The notes below the pieces were generated by a model. The model saw only the letters and a program-made list of their open reading frames with translations. It did not search any database and was not told the DNA's origin. Positions 56,581-64,000 of a DNA stretch of 64,000 bases are shown piece after piece. Numbering within the stretch: the first letter of the stretch is position 1; each line of letters begins with the position of its first letter. The stretch is from Microbotryum violaceum (lineage: Eukaryota): positions 1,674,001 through 1,738,000 of the forward strand of contig CDLV01000010.1 of the NCBI GenBank assembly GCA_001244265.2, given 5' to 3'. A program made the position numbers and the translations under genes.

Positions 56581-56604
56581 CGAGCGGAGAGTGGATTCTT
56601 CACA

Positions 56605-58785
<2,181 letters not shown>

Positions 58786-58940
58786 AGGACAAGGCGTGGA
58801 GATGGCCGAGTCAGAGCTACCTTGGTCAGAAGCGCTTGATGCAGGTGATTCCGGGTCAGGGAGCTCACGAGCAGAGGAGCCTTGGTCAGGGGCAGGGGGT
58901 GCGAGCGAGTCCTGGTCAGGGACCTCGCAGGCAGGGGCGG
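58786..58940 (-). mobile_element. Probable fragment of another retroelement (Pro/Ser/Asp-rich linker) trapped between two LTRs
   Basis: Minus frame reads PPLPARSPDQDSLAPPAPDQGSS, similar in composition to the IN-RT linkers here. Confidence 0.4.
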
Positions 58941-61900
58941 TATTCGATCAACTCTACTACGTCAGCGATGTAGTTATAGCCAAGAGTGATGAATAGGAAG
59001 CTAACAACAAGAGAGCCGCGCGCTCACGTCCTCAGGCTGCGAACCTTGGGGCTGAGCCAATGGCCCAGGCTCGCCCTGCGCGCCTAAGTCCTGGGGCTGT
59101 GTGCGCCTGGCTCGCTCCGCGCGCCTAAGTCCTGAGTCAATGCGCCTTGCTTGTTCCGCGCGCCCTAAGTCCTGGGGGTGCGCCAGGCAAGCGCGCGCCT
59201 AAGTCCTGGGCCGGTGCGCCAGGCTTGCTCTGCGCGCCTAAGTCCTGAGCCGAGCGGAGAGTGGATTCCTCACACCCCCCCCACGCGAACGCGAGGTAGA
59301 CTTGAGCCGTGGGTGTCGCGTCCGGAGGCCCAGAGCATAGCAATGCGTACCAAAAATCTTGGGACCTAGCGCTTTGGTGAATAGGTCCGCAACCATGTTC
59401 GCTGTGCCAACGTGGGAGAGGGATATATCGCCCTGGTTGACCATGTCGCGGACGAAGTGCTCGCGGAGACGGATGTGCGAGTGCCGGAGGTGCGAACGGG
59501 GTCGTGAGCGACGGCGGCCGCGGCCTCGTTGTCGGTGAAGATGTGGGCTGCATCGATCGGGCGAACATGGAGCTCGGAGAGGAGTTGTGTGAGGTAAATG
59601 GCCTCCTTACCAGCGTGCGACAAGGCGAGGTATTCGGCATCAGTGGTGGAATCTGCTATTCGAGTCTGACGCTTCGATGACCAAGAGACAGCGGAGCCGG
59701 CCAAGTAAAAGACGAAGCCCATTGTGGAGATTGACGTGTCAACGCAGGCACCCCAGTTTGCATCGGAATAGCCAACCACCCCCGTAATCTTGGTTGGACC
59801 GCAGGCGTAGAGTAGCTCATCACGGTACGTAGCGCGAAGGTAGCAAAGGACGTGTTTGACGGCGACCCAATGGCGGCGGCCGGGGTTGTTGGCGAACCGG
59901 GACAGGTACGAGACGGCGAAGGCAATGTCGGGGCAAGTGCCGAGTGAAATGTATAGGAGGGAGCCGATGGCTTGCAGGTACCACGACCGAATGCGTTCCG
60001 TTCCCTGACCCGGTACTGCCGTGAGCGAGAGGCCGGGCGTCATTGGCACCGTAGCGCCGCGCGTTGTGGTGTCGAAGTGAAAGCGGGCAAGCACGTCCAT
60101 GATGTAGCGCTCCTGAGATAAAGCAATGGAGCCGTCTTCCAGGCGTCGAATCTGGATGCCGAGGATGTATTCTGCAGGCCGAGTTGTTTGACGCCGTATC
60201 GCTGTTCGAGGCCGGAGATGACACGCTCAATCTCGTCGAGGGCGGGGCTGATAATGAGGAGATCGTCGACATATAATGCGATATAATGGGGCTGCTTCTG
60301 ATCATCAACGCGAGAGTAAATGCAGTGATCAGTGCCCGTTGCCGTGTACCCAAGACTCCTGAGCAATGTGTCAATGTGGCGATTCCAGATGCGACCGGCC
60401 TGCTTAAGACCGTAGATCGAGCGACGCAGCCGGAGTGTGATGTTGTCACGCCTGCTCAAGCGGTGGTAAGTCTCTGATCGAAGGACCAAGGGAGACCAGA
60501 CCAAGAAGTTGCTTGTTACACACCGCTCAAGCGGTGGTAAGTCTCTGATCGAAGGACCAAGGGAGACCAGACCAAGAAGTTGCTTGAGCAGGAGAGAAAC
60601 CAGAGTGGGGCCATTTGGCTGGGCCCAAGTCAGCCCAGCCAAAGTCAGGCGCACGGACCTGGCCCAGGTGCAGAGACCAGGCCCAGAGTGGGAGAGCTAA
60701 GGTGGTGAAAAGTAGGCCAAAAGTGATCAAAACGAAGAGAGGAGGATTTTGAGGTAGGTACAAGATACAAGAAGGACATGAAGGAGATATTTGATCTCAC
60801 ACTTACCACCGCTTGAGCAGGTGAGCACTACTCTTACTATCATCTTTCACCCCTCTAGATGTGGTAACTTACTGTAGTGCTTGAGCAGTGTGTAACAAGC
60901 AACTTCTTGGTCTGGTCTCCCTTGGTCCTTCGATCAGAGACTTACCACCGCTTGAGCAGGCGTGACAACATCACAAAGCGGATCATCCGAGTCCTCGATG
61001 GACGGTACCCCCCCTGAGGACGGGGCGGGAGACGAAATCGGGGCGAGCGACGGAGACGACGAGGGCTGGTATCTGTAGAATTAAGTAAGGATCCGCCAGT
61101 GTACCCTGGGGCCACGTCAACGGCGCTCATGGCAGAATCATCAAGAGGGGATGAGACGTCCATGTGCGCCGACCTTACTAGTGGGGTCCTCGTCTTGACG
61201 GCGGGAGCGGGTGTGGCGGCGGTGGCGTGCGTGTTGGCGTGAATGACAAACTGGCGTTCGGCGTCGTCCGCATCGACGGGCGTGTTGACTGGTAGGCCAG
61301 GGAAGTCGTCGTCGAGGAAGGTGGCATTTCGGCCAAGCACAACCCTGTTGGTGGAATGGTCGAAGAACCGGAAAGCCTTGGAAGCGAGGTCGTAACCAGT
61401 AAAAATCACGCGCGCGGCCTTGGGGTCGAGCTTGCTGCGAAGGTCCGGCGCGACCGTGAGCCAGGCCGCGCAGCCGAACGGGTGAAGGGCGGTGGTCGTG
61501 GTGCGTTGGCCGTTCCAAACGAATTGTGGAGTCTGTTTGGCCAAAGCTGAGTGTGAGCACCTGTTTTTGCAATAAACGAAGTATGCAGCGCTTCATCCCA
61601 AAAAGTGGCCGGCAGGTGGGAGTCAGCAAGGAGGGCGAGGACGCCCTCGACGATGGAGAGGTTGACACGTTCGGCACGGCCGTTTTGCTGAGGCGTATAT
61701 GGAATAGAGTATTGGCAACGAATGCCCCTGGACTGGCAGAACTCCGTGAACGCGTTGGATCGGTATTCGCCGCCGTTGTCGGTGCGGAGGATTTGTAGAC
61801 GCGCGTCCGTTTCTAACTCCACTTCGGCGAGCCAAGTCTGGAAGGTCGGGAAGACGTCGCTTTTGTGATCGATTGCGTATGCCCAAAGTTTGCGAGAGTG

Positions 61901-63649
61901 GTCGTCAAGGAAGGTGACAAGATAGCGTTTCCCGGTCAAGGACGGAGTGGGAAACGACAGGACATCGCTGTGCACGAGACCAAGTCTCTTGGGGGAATGT
62001 GACTCTGAGTCGGGAAAAGGAAGACGATGGCCTTTGGAACCAAGGCAAGCATTGCAAACAAACTCTTCTACGTCTTTGTCACTGTACCGGCCCCAAACCC
62101 GTCCAGCAAACCCGCAGCGATCATCTTCTGTATAGAGGATGGAGCAAGGTGGCCGAGGCAGCGGTGGAGGGTAAGTAGGGGCACGGTAGACTCAGAGCGT
62201 GAGAGAAAGGCAAGCTGCTGACATTTGGTGTGGTCCGCGTCCAGGAGGAGAGACGCGTCGTTAACCCGTGTACCGTGAGCGATGGCCTGGCCGTCCTTGG
62301 TGATGTCGATGCTGTCGCTGGTGAAGGCAAGCCGAACGCGGTCGGTGTCACAAAGGCGAGAGACGGAGAGAAGGTTGACGTGAAGGCCCGGCGCGTGCAG
62401 AACGCCGCGCAACATGATCGGGTGTCCGGTGTTGGCAACAAACGGTACATCCCCCATGCCAATGGCCGTGACACCGCCGGCAATGCCGCCAATCTTGGTG
62501 TGTGCCGTTGGACGATAAGTCGTGAACAGGGAGCGGTCGGCGACCATGTGAGTCGTGGCGCCCGAGTCAACGACGAAGGCGTCGGTCGGGAGATGGCGGC
62601 GAGCAAGCAGGCAGGAGGCGAAATAGCCGACATTCGGTTGTTGAGCCGCCGATGAGGGTGTGTTGTCCTGGTTGTTGTCGCCGGTTCGGTTTTGGTCGCC
62701 TCGCGGTTTGCAGTCGAGGGCCAGTGACCCTTCTTGTGGCAGCGACGGCAGGGGCCGGTGGGGGGTGTTGAGCGCGTGAGGTGCAGTCACGAAGGCGGTG
62801 ACCGGGGCGCGGCAGGCGGGGCATGGGGAGGCGGTAGCGAGCATGGCCGAGTGCGAGGTGGAGAGCCCCGCCGAACGAAGTTGGACGCGAATGCGGTCGG
62901 TCAGCGTCGTCAGCTCGGGAAGGTCGCGTTGGTTGCGTTGCTCGTCCGTGAACGTGAGTCAGAAGCTGTCGAGGCATGATGGGACCATGGCAAGCACGTG
63001 AGTGGCGAGTACGTCGTTGAGCGAAGTTTTGGCGTCGCGAATTTCTTGTACAATGGACATGTACTCGCGCAGCCAGGTGTCATATGCCTCGACGGAGGCA
63101 GGCATCTTCCTGAAATCCCAAAGGCGGCGAACAACTCGAGGGTGCGGGTAGCATTGTCCGGTGCAAAACGAGCCTTGAGAGCGGTGAAGATGCGTGGCGC
63201 CGACAGGTCGTCGCTTGGGTGGCGTCGAGGGTTGCCGAGACGTCGGCGGAGTCGATCGAGCCGACGATAATTTCCCCGCGGCGTCGTCACGAGCGGCCAG
63301 CTGGTCGGCCGTCCACGTCGGGGGAACGACTCCATCAAGGACGTAACCACGAATCTGATTCGGAAGCGTGAGCCGGAGCTGGCGTAACCAGTTCGTGAAC
63401 GACTTGGAGCCGTCTAGGCGAGCGTGCTTGGGAAACACGACTTTTGATGCGGTGGTGGCGGCGGCGGCGGCGGCAGTGGGCTGCGAGGCAGCGGCGGCAG
63501 AGGCGGGGGCGGCAGGGGCTGCGAGGCGGTGGCGGCAGGGGGCTGCGAGGCCTGCAGGGCGGCGAGCTGGGCCTGCAGGGTAGCGAGTTGATCGGTGATC
63601 GAAGACGCAAGAGGGTTGGGGTCCCTGGGGGACGAAGGCGTGTGGGGTA
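58941..63649 (-). mobile_element. Ty1/copia element, family A, second copy (3' LTR 58941-59274, pol, gag), 5'-truncated and interrupted
   Basis: Colinear and highly similar to 51140-56030; similarity stops just inside the gag start; TIR element at 60436-60975. Confidence 0.93.
60436..60975. mobile_element. Non-autonomous 540 bp TIR element with TGT...ACA ends (Ginger-like MITE candidate)
   Basis: Perfect 88 bp terminal inverted repeats (60436-60523 and 60888-60975), subterminal direct repeats, no convincing ORF. Confidence 0.85.
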
Positions 63650-63845
63650 CGATGAGCGAGAAGGCCGGTAGCGAGACATCCAACATGGTGTTGCAAGTCG
63701 GCGGTCGAGTCGGCCGTGTCGGGCCTGTTGCTGTTCTCGAGAGGTTTCTTGCAGTCGAATGACCAGTGATTCTTCTTGCAGGAGCGACAAGGGCCTGGCG
63801 GCGGGTGTTTCGCTCTCACAGTGCACTGCGCCACACGGTGCAAAG
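63650..63845 (-). mobile_element. Gag zinc-knuckle fragment of a different copia element
   Basis: HRVAQC...[16 protein letters not shown]...VGCLAT, homologous to but diverged from family A Gag. Confidence 0.7.
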
Positions 63846-64000
63846 TGTGATGTTGTCACGCCTGCTCAAGCGGTGGTAAGTCTCTGATCGAAGGACCAAG
63901 GGAGACCAGACAAGAAGTTGCTTGTTACACACCTGCTCAAGCACTACAGTAAGTTACCACATCTAGAGGGTGAAAGATGATAGTAAGAGTACTGCTCACC
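63846..64000. mobile_element. Another copy of the TIR element, opposite orientation, running off the window
   Basis: Nearly the reverse complement of 60820-60975. Confidence 0.88.

Larger units (their letters stand above)
51140..56604 (-). mobile_element. Ty1/copia element, family A, full-length structure (5' LTR 56138-56604, PBS, gag-pol, PPT, 3' LTR 51140-51472), frameshifted, no TSD
   Basis: Gag ATG at 56041, [14 protein letters not shown] knuckle, protease [10 protein letters not shown], integrase (HSDV, TDNGGEY, QNGRAER), RT YVDD, RNase H. Confidence 0.95.

Overview
Eukaryotic, intron-rich fungal DNA. The gene set, the intron signals and a TpCpG-biased mutation pattern suggest a Pucciniomycotina basidiomycete such as Microbotryum (inference). 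The window has two halves. Bases 1-39,100 are gene-dense, with 15 spliced genes: NADP-dependent oxidoreductase, NAP/SET histone chaperone, CHK1, F-box protein, SAM-domain tail-anchored protein, CIA30, PNPOx-like FMN-binding protein, anoctamin, a secreted GPI-type truncated-globin-like protein, BEM46, CCDC130, MFS transporter, forkhead factor and acetoacetyl-CoA synthetase, plus an intron-containing tRNA-Pro just beyond at 40.6 kb; two LINE relics also lie here. From about 40.9 kb to the end is a nested transposon field: head-to-tail L1/Tx1-type LINEs, several Ty1/copia elements with TG...TA LTRs and a half-tRNA-iMet primer site, a solo LTR, a TRIM/copia chimera and a TG...CA TIR element. The most striking observation is in the copia LTRs. 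Their terminal ~55 bp is duplicated, and the distal copy looks like a 67-69 nt spliceosomal intron whose AG is made of the LTR's last base and the first G of the PBS. Splicing it would rebuild an intact LTR-end/PBS junction from the proximal copy, and one LTR here has precisely lost the upstream GT-AG unit. This suggests a self-regenerating LTR intron. Exon boundaries and family calls were made by eye, without searches.
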